This document shows, one piece after another, positions 1-13,612 of a stretch of DNA of 64,000 nucleotides; the stretch's first letter is position 1, and each line of letters starts with the position of its first letter. A program made the translations under genes and the position numbers. The stretch comes from Perna viridis (taxonomy: Eukaryota). Below the pieces are notes generated by a model. The model saw only the letters and a program-made list of their open reading frames with translations. It was not told the DNA's origin and searched no databases. Location of the stretch: assembly GCA_037379345.1 (NCBI GenBank), contig CM074516.1:41701626-41765625 (forward strand), read 5' to 3'.

Positions 1-2243
1 ATAAAGTTGCTTTACAGATCTATATGATGGAATGTATAATTATTCATTCCAATGTGTCTGCTCTTAGGAGATACACCACATTGAAAATACAATAGTTGCT
101 ATTGTATTTTACTGTCATTTACAGAGTTGCATCCCTTAGTTAAGAATCCTACAGTACATTCTATATAACTTTTATCTTCTAAGAGCAGGGGTTATATGAA
201 CAACCACATATCAATTTTTGTTTACTATAGCAATTTAAACAAAATATCAAAAATAAAAAAAATATGTAGGCTTTCCAAGCATGAATCACATTGTGCATGA
301 TTCTTAGGTGGAGTGCTACTTAAATACTAGAAAACTGTTCGTAGTGTTTGTTTCGGTGTTCTCATCGTCATGTGTGTGGTTTTTCGTCTGTTATTGTCCT
401 TTATGCCAATAATTGATTTCCTGATTATATTTCAACATAATTTAGGGTTTAAGAAATATCTCTAGGCCTTTAACGATCATGATTTAAATTGGTCTTTACT
501 TATAGATTTTCTATAATTATACATAGACAATTCTTTAACAGCAACAAGTTGGTATTATCTCAAGTTTCTAGTCTAGCGAGAGTACATAGTGTCTGTTTTC
601 AAATAATACATTTCACAATTTCAATGATATTCAACATATTCAGTCAGTTGCGTTGTAAGCTGTTCGAGTTACTTTTTTTAAAGCTATAGCAGAATTTTCT
701 TAAGAATTTATAGGCTCCAGCGTTAAGCTCTTTCGTTTTCTTATATTTGAATTTATCTTACAATAAGTTAAACGTATAATATCATCAATGCCAAGATCAA
801 CTTTCAAGATAAATGCACTAGAGTTACATCTTTAATTCTCTTCATATTTGCGCTATACTCATGATGGTATGGCCAGTCGAAAACAAGAATTGCTAAAATC
901 TACGACACAAATTTCAAAATAAAAAAATGGATGTAGTTTTAAGTTGTCTTGAAATACTGACGTAGCTTGTTCAGTTATATGCTATCCTTTAAAATAATAA
1001 CTCTTGTAGAAAAGAACGTTTTAACCTTAAAAAATTTCCTTGAAGCAAAAATGTGAATGCATTATCCAAATAAGGTTTTCATATGGAATGTGCACCGGTC
1101 CGGTAAAAATTACACAAGGTACGGAGATGGTATACATTTTTGAGCTTGTTCAACGAGCTATACAAACAGTATTCCCGTCAGTGTATTACATAAAACACAT
1201 TCCTGTAATGTTTGTTTCCCTGTTATATTCCTACAATTTATAATGTTGAAAGATAGTTTAATCTGAGAACAGAAGTACTTGTTTTGATAAACCCAGTTGC
1301 AATCCTATAACAGCTCTTGTAAGTTTAATCTCACCTGTTTATCGGAGCAATTCTTCGTCTCGACATGACTAATAATGCTGTCTTTTCTTATATTAAATTT
1401 GCATAAGTACGTCTTTTATTAGATAAGATCGAATGCATTTTTCACAATAAAACATACCAAAGTACTTGACGTCAAAACAGTTATATAAAAGTATATATAA
1501 CTATGCAATATAAATTTTTCCTGAAAGTTTCACATTTAGTGTAAAGTCCAAAATATCTTTATCCTGAAGTTAATGTTTGCATTTAGTTAGTATCAAAGTT
1601 GTAACAATTCAGAATATGCGTGACAGACTTTGATACTGGAATATGAGGAAATGCGTCTCAAAAGGTCTCTTACCAATTTCTTTTCAGACATCTGTCCTTG
1701 GTTGAAAAATACTCAGTTTCTTCTAAAACAATGAGTGATGATTGCTTTTTGAAAATTAGCCGTTGTAAGGATATAACCACTGATTTACTGATTATGTATT
1801 GCAAATATTTTTAATCGACACCGGTATATTCAATCCGCAATGGAATAGGCAGGTTTGGCGCGCTTTAAAACCTAGATTTAATTTAGCTGCCTCAGGGTTG
1901 ACAAATTCGGATATGGTTTATAAAGAATGTAGTTGTTTGTGTTAACTGCGTCTAAAGCTGTATAATTCTTAAAGCAGAAAATGGAACCTCTTATTATCAT
2001 AAGGTAAAACATACCTGCAATATAATGTAAAGTTAGAAGAAATTCTTAGAAGTATAATGAGGTATTACACTAGGTTATTTTGTTGACATTTCAATAATAT
2101 TCGTATCCATTTCATTCTGAAATCTGTAAAAGATAAAAGTAAATTGTCCATTACATGGATTTTGATAAATTCATTGCCTCTGCTTCTTTTTAAATACTAT
2201 TTATCATAGCATAACCTCTGTCAATTGCCATAATATTATATCA

Positions 2244-2665
2244 AAGAGTAATCAAGGGAACCAAGGTTATAGCGGTAATCAAAAGAGCGTTATCCAGGGA
2301 CAAAGACCAGACATGGAAAACAGACATACACAACAAAGAACATAAAGTAACTAAAATCATACATACAAAGTAACAAAAGTAAATGAGCAACTCGAACTCC
2401 ACTAAAAACTGGGAGCATGGACCAGGTGCATCGGTAGGGTAAGCGTCCTCTGTTTTTCAAGAAACACCCGCCGAGTTGCTCATAAAAAGTCAAATCCGGG
2501 GTAGACAAACGAGGAAAGGAAAATCATGACCCGTTGAATAAATCAGTGTTCATGGTGCTGATGGATACACCATAACGATCCACGAGTTCAAGATGACGAC
2601 CATAAAACTTCTGTAGTGATGACTTCAATCTTGCAGCAACATAATCCTGTTCCAGAAGCCTATTC
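2244..2665 (-). mobile_element. 3' end fragment of Naiad-type Penelope-like element (PLE)
   Basis: Reverse complement closely matches the RT-tail plus 3' region at 54780-55190 (aaagagtaatcaagggaaccaaggttatagcggtaatc...gatccacgagttca...gtagtgatgacttcaatcttg). Confidence 0.8.
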
Positions 2666-2822
2666 AAAGAATGTATTTAACCGATTTCTATATTTTGGGT
2701 ATAGGCATATTACCATATTCCTAATAAAAAAACATTAGATCATTCCAAATAAATTTCTTTTTATGATGTATGAAAACCCATGCAGGAGTATATACAGAAA
2801 TGACCTTGGTCCTTCGGCATTA

Positions 2823-2975
2823 TTGTGATTGATTGATTGATTGTTGATGTTTTACATGAACATGAAATGATGATGAAATGAAAAAGGGATGGGACACAAG
2901 TATAATTGGGTCGACGAATTTTGATTGCCACTGGTAAGAGGGAGAAGAGGTAGGTGTCCATAATCGCCATGGCAC
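2823..2975 (-). mobile_element. 3' fragment of the retroposon family seen at 23045-23557
   Basis: (gatt)n tail followed by atgaacatgaaatgatgatgaaatgaaaaagggatgggacac...gattgccactgg, the reverse complement of the 3' end of 23045-23557. Confidence 0.7.
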
Positions 2976-2984
2976 TCATAACTT

Positions 2985-5960
2985 TGCCTCTCAGAACCAA
3001 TGGTAAAATTAACTGATTCATATCACCATTGATAGGAACACGAATCCTTCTATAAAATATACAATTATCAACAATTATTCTGTCCCATTGACCTATGAGT
3101 GTAACTAAATGTATATTGATTTTTTGTATTTGTGATCGCGACAATAATTCAATAAATTTACTGATAACTACATCACATTTCTGTAAATTGCAAATTTCAC
3201 CTTTGTTAAAAGTTGGTAAAGTTGTATGAGATTCTTCAACGAAAACAGTTCGCAAGTCATTAGACTAAACATTTTGAACCAACACTACCTGGAGCCTCTG
3301 TACCAGTAACAAAGTTTTAACACATTCGGACTTCGCAAGTTCTATCTTCATGTGCTCTAGACAAAGCGACAGCATTCAAATTAGATTTTGTTGCCTATAT
3401 CTGAAATCAAAATAAAAAATAGCTAATCGTGACAGCCATCTCTGTTTCTGAGCTGAAAGTTTGGACGTCTGTAAATAACACGATGGGTTATTGTATGTGT
3501 ATACAGTGAAATTAGAGCATAACAGATGGTCTCTGAAATTTTCAGTTATCACCCAAGCTGACGCCAACAGTTCTAACTTTCTGGAACTATAATTCTTCAT
3601 ATTCCTCTCGTTTGGGCGTAATGCTCCACTCGCATAAGCAACAACTCGCAAATTGCATTCAACATATTGAGATAACACGGCGCCTAAACCTTGCACACTT
3701 GCATCTGTTTCAAAAACAAACGGTTCTTGAAATATTGGTGCAGTAACTAATTGTTCTTTCAATGTTTCGAATGCTTTTCAACAATCAATGTTCCAATCTT
3801 TTCCGAAAGGTTTACGTGGATGAGGAGTGTACTGCTGAGTCAAAGAATTTATTGGATAAGCAATTTTGTTAATGTCTTTGATATAACGTCGGTAATAACC
3901 GGCTAATCCCAAAACAAAAAAGATTTCAATCTCTTTACATTTGTCGGAACTTGTCAGGATCTGTGTGTATACCATCTGGGGATACCACATGACCAATATA
4001 TATGACTTTCGAATGCATTTTTGAAGGCTTCAGTTTCAATCCATGTTGTCTTAAACGCTGACAAAACTACTTCAAGACGTTTTAAATGATCATCAAGATT
4101 ACTTGAAAATGCGATAATGTCATCAAAAAATACAAGGAACATTTGAAACAGTTCATTTCTAAGGCAATGCTGCATTAGTCGGTGAAATGTAATCGGAATT
4201 TAAATCCGCTGTGGAAAACAGCTTAGCTCCACTGAGAGCATGCATCGATGGATTCTTCAACTCGAGGAAGGGGAAATGCGTCTTTGTGAATTTTCCAGTT
4301 AAGTAAACGATCAGCGATGCAAAAGACTAATGCTTTCACAAATGAACTTATTTTTGATATGGTTTTTAACTTCCTCGTATTGTGTTTGCGGTATACGCCT
4401 GTATTGTTGTACAATCGGTTTATCATCTTGCAACGGAATGGTATGTTTACAGTAGGAAGTGGTGTAATCAACATCATTATCATATTTTGTGAATCTGTAG
4501 AACAAATTATAAACCGCGTTCAACTCGATTTTGCTAACAAATAGATGACTCATATCAACCGGTATTTTAAATTGTTTATAATCATTATTTCTTGTCATAA
4601 TTCGGGTAAAAAAAATGGTAAATCACTTTTGACAATAATTTCTTCAACAGAATCAATTCGAACAAATTTTATATGTTTACACTTACTCTGCTCAATTTCT
4701 CCTTTCAAAAGAATACCAACTAATTTTTGGTGCAATATAAATATCATCACTGCCTAGGTCTGCGACTCAAAATTAAAAAATGACCATATTTGACTGTTAC
4801 AAAAGTGCGCACTACAACAATTGTACTGGGTAAATGTCCGCTAGATTTTAATGGTTCTATTAAAGCATCATATTGTCTGGGAAGATTGGGTCCTGCGCCA
4901 TTTAAAGTTACGACAAACGAAGCAGGTATACGTACAAGAGAATTAGCGCACACTTTGATACAGCAAATAATATTTAAATGTTGATCTTTAATGCGAGTTT
5001 TAAATAATTCTTTAAGTTTTGAATTTTTCTGCAATTGTGGCTGCTTCTTCACAAAAGTTCATACCAAAATCATTTTCTAAAATGTTCTTACAGCATCTAA
5101 TAATATTCATACCTAATAGTCCTGGCATGGATTCTTTTCTTCTTCTTGTGACAGGATCAGGTGAGACTTTGGCAATCAATACACCACAGCTTTTCACCGT
5201 TTGGCCCATTATTTCCATATCTACTTCCACATAGAAAATCCATTTGCAGCCCGAAGCTGTGAAGTTACATCAGTACGTAACTGAGTACAATCCCACAGAA
5301 ATCGATTATAAAATTATTATGTGAGCAAAGGTCCGCACCTAATAGAGACTTAATCTCCTTACCTGCTATAACAACACTTACAACTGAGCATTTTCCAATC
5401 ACATTATTACAATCAACGGAGCCCGTATTTCCTCATTCTAAAATGGTACTCTACACGAAAGATGGCGCTAGTTTCACTGCTTATTCACTCAGCAACCTTT
5501 GTGACCCGTTTTCTTACACACATTAGAACGCGATGCTTCACTGTTGAATCTAAGTTGACCTGATGACTTGGAATTAACGATCTTTTTAACGCTTCACTGT
5601 GCTCGCTTTGTTTCCTCACTATATCCAAAAGCTGTTTCATTTGATCATCCCATCAGATCACATCATTTTCAATGTACTCTTTTCCCGGACTTTCATCTCA
5701 GGTAACTGTTTAGAGATATCCTCTTCTTCAGACCACATATTCCTTACCTCGCGAAGATCAAGGAAAGTCTTGTTCTCACCAGACACTTCATATGCTTCCT
5801 AAGCATGACGCCACGCACATTTTCAGAAAACTGATCACATCATGACTTGTCCTTGTTTGGGATCAAACTGTTATCTTTCTTCCCGTTAAGTTTCACCTTG
5901 TCGTCAAGAAGGTTTTTCTGTAGCTTTGTAATATTATCTTTCACACCAAATGCATCCTGG
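2985..5960 (-). mobile_element. Degenerate Ty3/Gypsy LTR retrotransposon (gag-protease-RT-RNase H, frameshifted)
   Basis: Broken ORFs in the expected order: protease-region LLGMNII (5012-5230), RT start HTIPLQDDKPIVQQYRRIP, KDAFPLPRVEE, FFDDIIAFS..HLKRLEVV (YxDD), FVLGLAGYYRRYIK, RNase H ETDASVQGLGAVLSQ...YSSRKLELLA. No LTR pair found. Confidence 0.88.
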
Positions 5961-6446
5961 GTAAAACCTGTATAATTCGGCTTGGAGACTCTACATAAAC
6001 ATAATTTGTTTTATTTTTTTTCTAGAAGAAGGATCAAAAGATATGGTGAAAAAAATGCTTATCGTATAGCTCATGTGAAAATACTGACAGAGGTCAACAA
6101 AAGGTTTTCAAGTAACCTCTGAAAGGTCCCCGATAAGACAACAATTTTTTTTAAATCCACGGTAATAGAACGATGACACTTTTTCAAAATAACCTAGAAA
6201 AACAAATAACGACACAAGGACACATTAATGATAGATATTTAAACACTATTGACACTATTTAGTGCGGCATCATTCATTTCTCACTTAGATTGGATTGCAT
6301 TCTTTTGATAACAACTATAACCTTGGTTCCCTTGATTACTCTTTTAGAATGTAATGATATTCTTGTACATCGATTATAAAGGTCATATTTAAAGAGCATT
6401 TTATTAAATTAAGTATAGACTAAAACTCAAAATAACATGTATTTTG

Positions 6447-6917
6447 AAAAATTCAAGCCACGGCATACATACAAAAACAAAGTAATTTTAAACATATTAA
6501 ATGTGCTATGATTAAAAGATAATCATCAAACACTTCTAGGGCGCTGGACTTTGTGCAGGCTGTGTTGTCATAGATGTCACAGCGGTACGAGTTCGAGTCC
6601 CGCGGAGGGAACGACCAAAACTTTCACAGTTTTAACATCGTTGGGAATTTTTCAGACCTTTGTATATATATATATATATATATACATGTTAGGGTCTGAA
6701 AAATTCCCAACAATAATAAAACTGTCAAACTTGCAAAGCAAATTTCTGCTCATTCTCTCCGCGGGAATCAAACACGTACCGCTGTGACATCTGTGGCAAC
6801 ACAGTCTGCACAAAGTCCAGCGCCCTAGAAGTGTTTGATGATTATCTTCTAATCATAGCACATTTAATATGTTTAAAATTACTTTGTTTTTGTATGTATG
6901 CCGTGGCTTGAATTTTT
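6447..6917. repeat. ~215-bp-arm inverted repeat centred on (TA)n
   Basis: 6447-6660 is the reverse complement of 6691-6917 (outer ~110 bp near-identical, inner part more diverged); spacer is (TA)n at 6663-6684. Confidence 0.92.
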
Positions 6918-6924
6918 ATATATA

Positions 6925-7067
6925 GCCTAGCTGGCAGAGTGGTCTAGGGCGTAGGACTTAGTGCAGGCGGTGCTGCCACAGATGTCACAGCGGTGCGAGT
7001 TCGAGTCCCGCGGAGGGAATGACAAAAATTTGACAGTTCTAACATCGTTGGGAATTTTCCAGACCCT
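6925..7067 (+). mobile_element. tRNA-derived SINE-like element
   Basis: Pol III A box TGGCAGAGTGG (6932-6942) and B box GTTCGAGTCCC (6999-7009); two 5'-truncated copies form the arms of the adjacent palindrome; (TA)n/(TATG)n nearby. Confidence 0.65.
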
Positions 7068-7150
7068 TTATAAGTTTACGTTATCTTTCCTGTATCGATT
7101 TCATCCGATGGAGCAGTGTAGAGAATAGAGTCGTCACATTCTGAGACGTG

Positions 7151-7158
7151 TATATATA

Positions 7159-7191
<33 letters not shown>

Positions 7192-7195
7192 ATAT
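7151..7195. repeat. (TA)n(TATG)n microsatellite
   Basis: Direct reading. Confidence 0.95.
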
Positions 7196-7460
7196 GTTTT
7201 TAATTTGATTTTATGGCACCGCACACCGCGTCACACTGTAGATCGATGATTGATGCCAAGTCAAAAAAAATCACAATTCGTCACGATCCTTAACGGGCTC
7301 TTTTCACGATCAAGCTCCAATATTTGTTGTAATATCATCAATCTGTATACAATTATTTCTCTCGCTTGAAAGTGCGACGGAGTGATCTGGTACCTTAAGT
7401 GTACGTTGAATAAATACATGTATAAAGATAAATAAGGATAACCTGGAATCGAATGTTTTT

Positions 7461-7600
7461 NNNNNNNNNNNNNNNNNNNNNNNNNNNNNNNNNNNNNNNN
7501 NNNNNNNNNNNNNNNNNNNNNNNNNNNNNNNNNNNNNNNNNNNNNNNNNNNNNNNNNNNNNNNNNNNNNNNNNNNNNNNNNNNNNNNNNNNNNNNNNNNN
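7461..7600. other. Assembly gap (140 N)
   Basis: Run of n. Confidence 1.
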
Positions 7601-8050
7601 CTTGAAACACCCACCGACTGCCTCATAAAATGTCACGTCCGGAGTAAAAAAGAAACAACTATGGGCCTGTCCCATGCATGGTGCAGTTGGATATACCTTT
7701 TACGATTTACAAGTTTATGACGACAACCATGATTGCTTATTTTGTCGAAATAAACCCTGACCTAGTCCGAATTTCCTCTGACCCGGCAACCCTCCTCTTT
7801 TTTATTTGGATATTGATATGTCGGGTATGGGTCAGAACGATGTGCCATACAAAAAGTTGGAGATTCATCGGTACCGCGGAGTACGGCCCTTCAACCAACG
7901 ATTTTCAAGTTAAAATCGTGCACGTCACACCTACCTAATTCGATTCCGGAATCGTTTTCCTATATATGTTGATACCATATTTGCTACAAATATTACATTT
8001 TTTATTAACATTTTTCACGACAGACCCTGCTTTGTTGACATTTTGAATGG

Positions 8051-8242
8051 TAACACATTTGAAGTGGTGCGAGACGAGACTAGGTGAAGCTTGTTACTTT
8101 TCGTTCGGTACGGAACAGACACGATTTTGAAAACCGGAATCTAACAGAAAAATTCCGGTGAAAAATTACGTGTCTGCTAATGTTCCATTCCAAAAGTAGT
8201 AAGCTCCGCCTATACTCGTCTCGCGTCGTTTCACATGTATTA
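8051..8242. mobile_element. MITE-like element with ~50-bp imperfect TIRs
   Basis: Left taacacatttgaagtggtgcgagacgagactaggtgaagcttgttactttt versus right reverse complement taatacatgtgaaacgacgcgagacgagtataggcggagcttactactttt. Confidence 0.65.
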
Positions 8243-8259
8243 TGGAGCTATATTTGAGG

Positions 8260-8695
8260 TGTAACACCATACTTACAGTATCTGTTGTGTACACTAGCAG
8301 TGGACAAGGTTTCGGTTACATCAAGATCTTTGAAAACTAATGTAGCATTGACGTTCCTTGACCTACATAGAACGCTCATAAGTTTCCAGATTGAAGACTT
8401 CCAGCTTTCACCCCCTCTGGTGTGACTGGAAGGACTGTATTTGAATGTGAAGTTTTTGCAAGAACATTTAGGTGGTTTAGCCTTGAAGTTATCAATCTTG
8501 GGTTCCTGCTATACCATTTTGCGGTCGGTATGAAGCTCTGTTTGGCATGACTCTAGGTATGTTAATGGTTTGTAACGTCACTTTTCTCTTTAGGAATGCG
8601 CATTTGTCTGGAGCCTGCTTAATGTTGTACTATTTAGTTCTATCTAAGACAAGGTGAAGATTTTTTAGATGTTCTTCGTCCTCTCAAAATGATGA
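8260..8695 (-). mobile_element. Decayed Ty3/Gypsy pol fragment (RT end / RNase H)
   Basis: Minus-strand peptides LHLVLDRT..NIKQAPDKCAF, ELHTDRK and NFTFKYSP resemble Gypsy RT C-terminus and RNase H; many frameshifts. Confidence 0.45.
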
Positions 8696-8702
8696 CATTG
8701 TC

Positions 8703-8965
8703 ATGGTGCACCGTGTTTGAAACATATCACGTTCTTCGCACGTTAAATAACCCTGATGTGGAGCCTCGGCTTCACTAAAAGGAGGCTAAATTGTCCGACT
8801 CCACGCACCTCTCCCAATTTCCAGTGGCAACAGTAACTTGTCTACCCTATTATCCCTGTGTTCCATCCCATTTATCATTACATCATCGTTTTATGTTTCT
8901 TTTTATCATCCATCTTATGTTTTTTATCGAGTATAGCTGGAAATTGATGCATGGGAGTTAAACAC
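8703..8965 (+). mobile_element. 3' half of the retroposon family seen at 23045-23557
   Basis: tggtgcaccgtgt...ggaggctaaattgtccga...cacctctccc...tatagctggaaatt...gttaaac aligns by eye to 23260-23535. Confidence 0.75.
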
Positions 8966-10734
8966 CATATATGTTATCTACTTGGTTATGGATACGATTT
9001 TTAACTTATAGTTTATTCTTTGAACCCTGTTTTTACAGTAGAGATATTTGACCCCCATTTGCATCCCTACGTAAAAAGTAAGTCATTCTTTAGCATTGCA
9101 CTACATCAAGCTTGTCTATTTAGTACTTGACGTTACTACTCCAAATCCTGTCCACTGGAATTGTAGTGACCGATTTTTTCTTGTGCTGGTAGTCTTGATG
9201 GTATTGTCTTCCTCGTCTGGGCTAGCTTTCAGTAACTGCGAGCGTTCTTTCAGTGGATATCTCATTTGTCTATATGATTTATTTTGAGGTATTCAAAGGA
9301 GAAAATGGCATGTACTATTTAATGAATTTTATGGTGTGTTTGTTTGTTGTTTAAGTTAATTTATGACCATACATTAACGAGGATGTCAACAGCCTTATAA
9401 AACTAGTTTAACCCTATCGCAGATTCCATGCACTTGATCACAGTCAGGAAATGTTTGTCATTAATATGTCTGTGTGTTGTACTTTAACTCTTTAGTTCGA
9501 TTTTGAAGAATTGTCATCGTGCTGTTATCATGGATTGTATTACTTTGTTGTCGGGGCCTTCCAGAGCTTACTTGAAGGTGTGTTTACTCTTAATGATCTC
9601 TGAAAGAATTTACTATTTTTAATTAAGTTATAAGCTGGTTTATTTGCTATATTTCGCCATATGCGTTCTTTTTTTTTTATTAGCAGCTGATTAAAAAGTT
9701 GTCTGTTTATTGCGTTGCCCGAGAATCAGTAAACAATATACATGTGCGCGGGAATTATCTTAGTCTCCCAGACACAAAGATGTTTCTTGGTTAGTCCTAC
9801 TTGGAGATCTTTCGGCTAAACAGTTGTGTCCGTACTGAGTGCGGGGGCATCACTTTATCAAGTTTGATATAGTTTATGATAAATCCTAATTGTACCTAAA
9901 TGTACCATACGGCGAGGCCAAATCTTTCAAGCATTTCAATTCAGATTATGCATGCATGTCAATATTACTGCTAGTAATATTTTATTTATTGTTAATTGTT
10001 TTGTGTTTCGCGTGTTGTGTTCCCTATTTTAACATTCCACTCGGACCTTTGAATTATGTTTTGTTTTGTAATTTTTGTTTGCATTTGCTATCGTTAGAGG
10101 AGAGTTTTGACCAACACTGCAGCATCGTTTGCGCTTCTTCTGAGTTTAAAAATTTAGTAAGACCCCCACCGTGAATACGCAAGTACTGTCTGGTCATGTA
10201 CTTATAAAAAAGATTGCACAGCGTATACCAACAATGCTAAATAAGAGAATGCCTAAGTTACGACAAAAGAAAAAAAATACTTTGAAACGCTATTAATTGA
10301 AATTAATATCCAATTTGTATGGTCCTGAAGTGGGCATAAATAGAAATAATATAAAAGTGGATCTAAGAAGATAACAATGATCCGTAGCTCAAGGAAAAGT
10401 TTAGGTTAAAAAAGTTCTGAAGAAAGTACTCCCATAAGTACATGTAGTAAAACTGATAGATATTTATCAATATTAGGTGTAATAAATATTGAAGACCAGC
10501 AATATTGAGCATGTACTTAAATTGATTCAAATTACTGAGATTAAATTGTCATGGCTTTAATTTGATCTAAATTACAAAATACTTAGAGGTCATCAACCTT
10601 CATGCTCATGATAAACTCTGTCTTACATAAGAACCACAGATGAACCTGAAACGTAATGGAAAAATACAGAAAATTATTCTTGAAAACAATGAAATGGTAT
10701 TACTTAATCGTTCTCGTAACGTTTAAGATGTACG

Positions 10735-10912
10735 TAGAGTAATTAAGGAAACTAAGATTCTAGCGGAAATCAATAGGATAAATTCCAAGGATAAAGACTA
10801 GAAAGGTAAACAGAAACATACAATAAAGAACATGAAATAAACAAAATAACACGTACAAATAACCAAAAGTAAATAAGCAACCCGGACTTTACTAAAAACT
10901 GGGAACAAGGAC
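10735..10912 (-). mobile_element. Diverged Naiad-type PLE 3'-end fragment
   Basis: agagtaattaaggaaactaagattctagcggaaatc...actaaaaactgggaac matches 2244-2420. Confidence 0.7.
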
Positions 10913-11544
10913 GATGTAGACACAAATTTGCAGTTTGTCAGGTGGCTTAATTTATCGTTAATTTTTCTAAGTTTCTAAGGATCTTAAAAGTTAAGTAATA
11001 TTAATTTGTCTAGGGTTAAACATACTAATAATTTATTTATAAAAAAGAGGAAATTCTAGAGATTGTTAAATGTTTAGACAAATCACTATTGTAAGTTGTC
11101 TTAGGAAGCTTTACTATTGCTAGTTTGAATGAAATGATGTGCAATTTGTCAGAGTAAAATATTCTGTTCTCAACCCAATTTGGATTAAAGAAAACATACT
11201 AAACTAAAATTCAATTTTTTTTTTAAATAAAGCAAAAGGAAAACTGTTTTGTGTTATAGATTTATAGGCTTTTGATACCGTATGGATTGATGCGCTTTGG
11301 TACAAGTAATGACTTCACCGTAAAAAGTTCGTATGATTTTAGGCTAAGCCTATGATGGACGGAGTTCAATGTCGTATTAAAAGACTAAACTGTGCTTCCA
11401 CACTTGCGGAATCGTCTACCCCCGTGTCGACAATTTTTGTTACTTCCGTCAGAATTTTTCTTAGCCATTCATAGTTCTGGTTTTACATTCTACATGTACA
11501 GGACGTCGCTGAAGCACCGTCCATATAATACGTACATAATGTAG

Positions 11545-12260
11545 AAGTGTATTTTGTTTAGCAATGACTTCCTCAAAGTTGGTTTTCTATACATATCGTT
11601 TTTGCTGCATTTTATGATGGATCCTTGATATCGAATGGTGTTTCACCCTAATTTTTACCTCCGGATAATCCTCTTTGGTAAATGCTTTTCCATTTTTTAT
11701 TATTGCTTCAATCTCCACAGTTTACAAGGCGAATGAGAGTTGAGTTGTTTTAGGTGATTAGTTTCTCAGCCATTAAAACCACACAGGCCATCTTTCAATG
11801 TTCGTTATATTCTGAAATATCTACCTTTGGATCTATTTGTTCAACCCCCTACACGTTGCTGGTCTAACTGAAGATGTTTTTTGTCAGACTTGACCTGCTG
11901 CTGGTCTGGTTGTGATTCTGCAATTGTTCAGGTTTGAACTCTTGCCGGTCTCATTGAATCTGGAGTTTACTAAGCTCGGTCCTGATGCCTGAATATCTGA
12001 GGCCCTGTTTGTTCAGACTGGACCTGCTGCTGGATAGGCTGAGTCTGTGGTTTGTTCGGTCAATAAAGGTCAAGATGTGGTCGCTGTTTGCTCATACTGG
12101 ACCTGTGTCTAGTAGGAATGAGTTTGTTCTTGGTTCAGAATGAGACTTACAAATGTATTTGTTCAGACTGGTCTGTTGCATGTCTTGTTGAGGCTATTGT
12201 TTGTTCTTGCTTGACCGGTTTCTGGTACGACTGAGTTAGTTGTTTGTTAAGGCTGAAACT
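11545..12260 (-). mobile_element. Possible Gypsy integrase C-terminal remnant with degenerate Q/P/T-rich coding repeats
   Basis: Recurring gttcagactggacctgctgctgg units (minus strand reads PQTQPIQQQVQSEQT) followed by VEIEAII..GKAF, resembling a chromodomain-like tail; highly decayed. Confidence 0.35.
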
Positions 12261-12436
12261 TCATGTCTCAGGGTTACTTATTGTGTTTAGTTCTTTTTAT
12301 TTTTACTTTTATTTTATTCATATTTTCTGTACTGATTTGATTTATGATTTTTTATACTTTGACTGGTGGAAATTTTATGCTGTCTGTTTGTGTTAAAATG
12401 TATCGGCAGTAATAAACCGTAATTGACACAGAAATT

Positions 12437-12620
12437 AAAGCGCGCTATAAAGCCTGGTTTAATTCACCTTTCCTATCGGATACGCCTGTACCAAGTCAGG
12501 ACCATTGCGGTGGTTTCCGAGTTAACGGTTTTACCCTGATATTGGCATTTGTTTTATGGATTTTCCTTTTGACTATTGCATACATTTTATCAGTTCGTTA
12601 ATTTTGTTATTACTCTTCAT
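12437..12620 (+). repeat. Interspersed repeat (probable PLE pseudo-LTR fragment); related copies near 1855, 9395 and 21215
   Basis: gcgcgctataaagcctggtttaattcacc...gcctgtaccaagtcagga; similar strings at the other three sites. Confidence 0.5.
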
Positions 12621-13612
12621 TTTATGTAAGTTGGTCAATGACAACAGTTTAAAATTACAGATGGTAGTTGAAAATATTGTTTCCTAATGTTAAAAGTTGT
12701 TTCATAGATGCTAAATCAATACATCGCACTATTTACATGTTGAAAAATTGAATATCCTTGTCTTCATGATATAGGAATAAATCTCTTGGCAAAATCATAT
12801 AAGCATCTAAGCTAGGCTAATTAATCGTGCTGGAAACACAAATCCAGATTTGTTAAACACAAATATAATAGAGCTGAAACTTTCTGCTATGAATTCTTTA
12901 TTGTATTCATCTTAAAATGATTTATATAAAAGTGGCCTTTCACTATTTTTAGTATATATTAGGTTGATAATATGGATTTGGTTTGAGTATGCTTTCAATT
13001 GCAACAGTATTGGGGGGTATGACAACACCTGCATGTGTACATTGTATCATGTATCCAGATTATTCTTATGTTATTCAGAGCACAAGTATATATAAATTTT
13101 AGAGTTCTTTGTTCAAAGCTTACGCATTTCCGCCTTTGACCTTAAATAATTGTTCTCTTTGGGATATTTGTTTACTTTCCTTTTCACCTTGACGTTCTTT
13201 GACCTACTTTCTTATTACATTTGACTTTCATCAGGATAACTTGTGGTTTAACTTTTATAAATCAGCTATTTGCTTGTTAGATTCAGTTCATAGTGGTGAT
13301 AAAAATGGCGTTAACATTAGTTTTATGTTACTAATCTTATTTCTAAAACAAAAAATAATTATTACTTTATTTAGAAAAAATATTTCATTTGTATCATACT
13401 TTAATTTTAATATTTATGGTGCAATTGTTTAATCAACTTTTTATTGTAAAATCATATGGCATTAATTATTATGTAACAGTGTTTGGCAAGAAAAATACAA
13501 AGCATCATTAGTTTTATTATGTGACAAAAAATCGTTACTGCTTCTTTAACGAAAACCGCAGTGCATCTAGTGAACACGAATTCATGGTCGATGTAGTCTT
13601 GTCATCAACCAT

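Noticed and set aside
6925-7020. Functional tRNA-Leu/Ser gene
   Set aside because: A and B boxes are present but the acceptor stem does not pair, and truncated copies share a non-tRNA tail, indicating a SINE.
7261-7675. ORFs spanning the N run
   Set aside because: Artefacts of the assembly gap.
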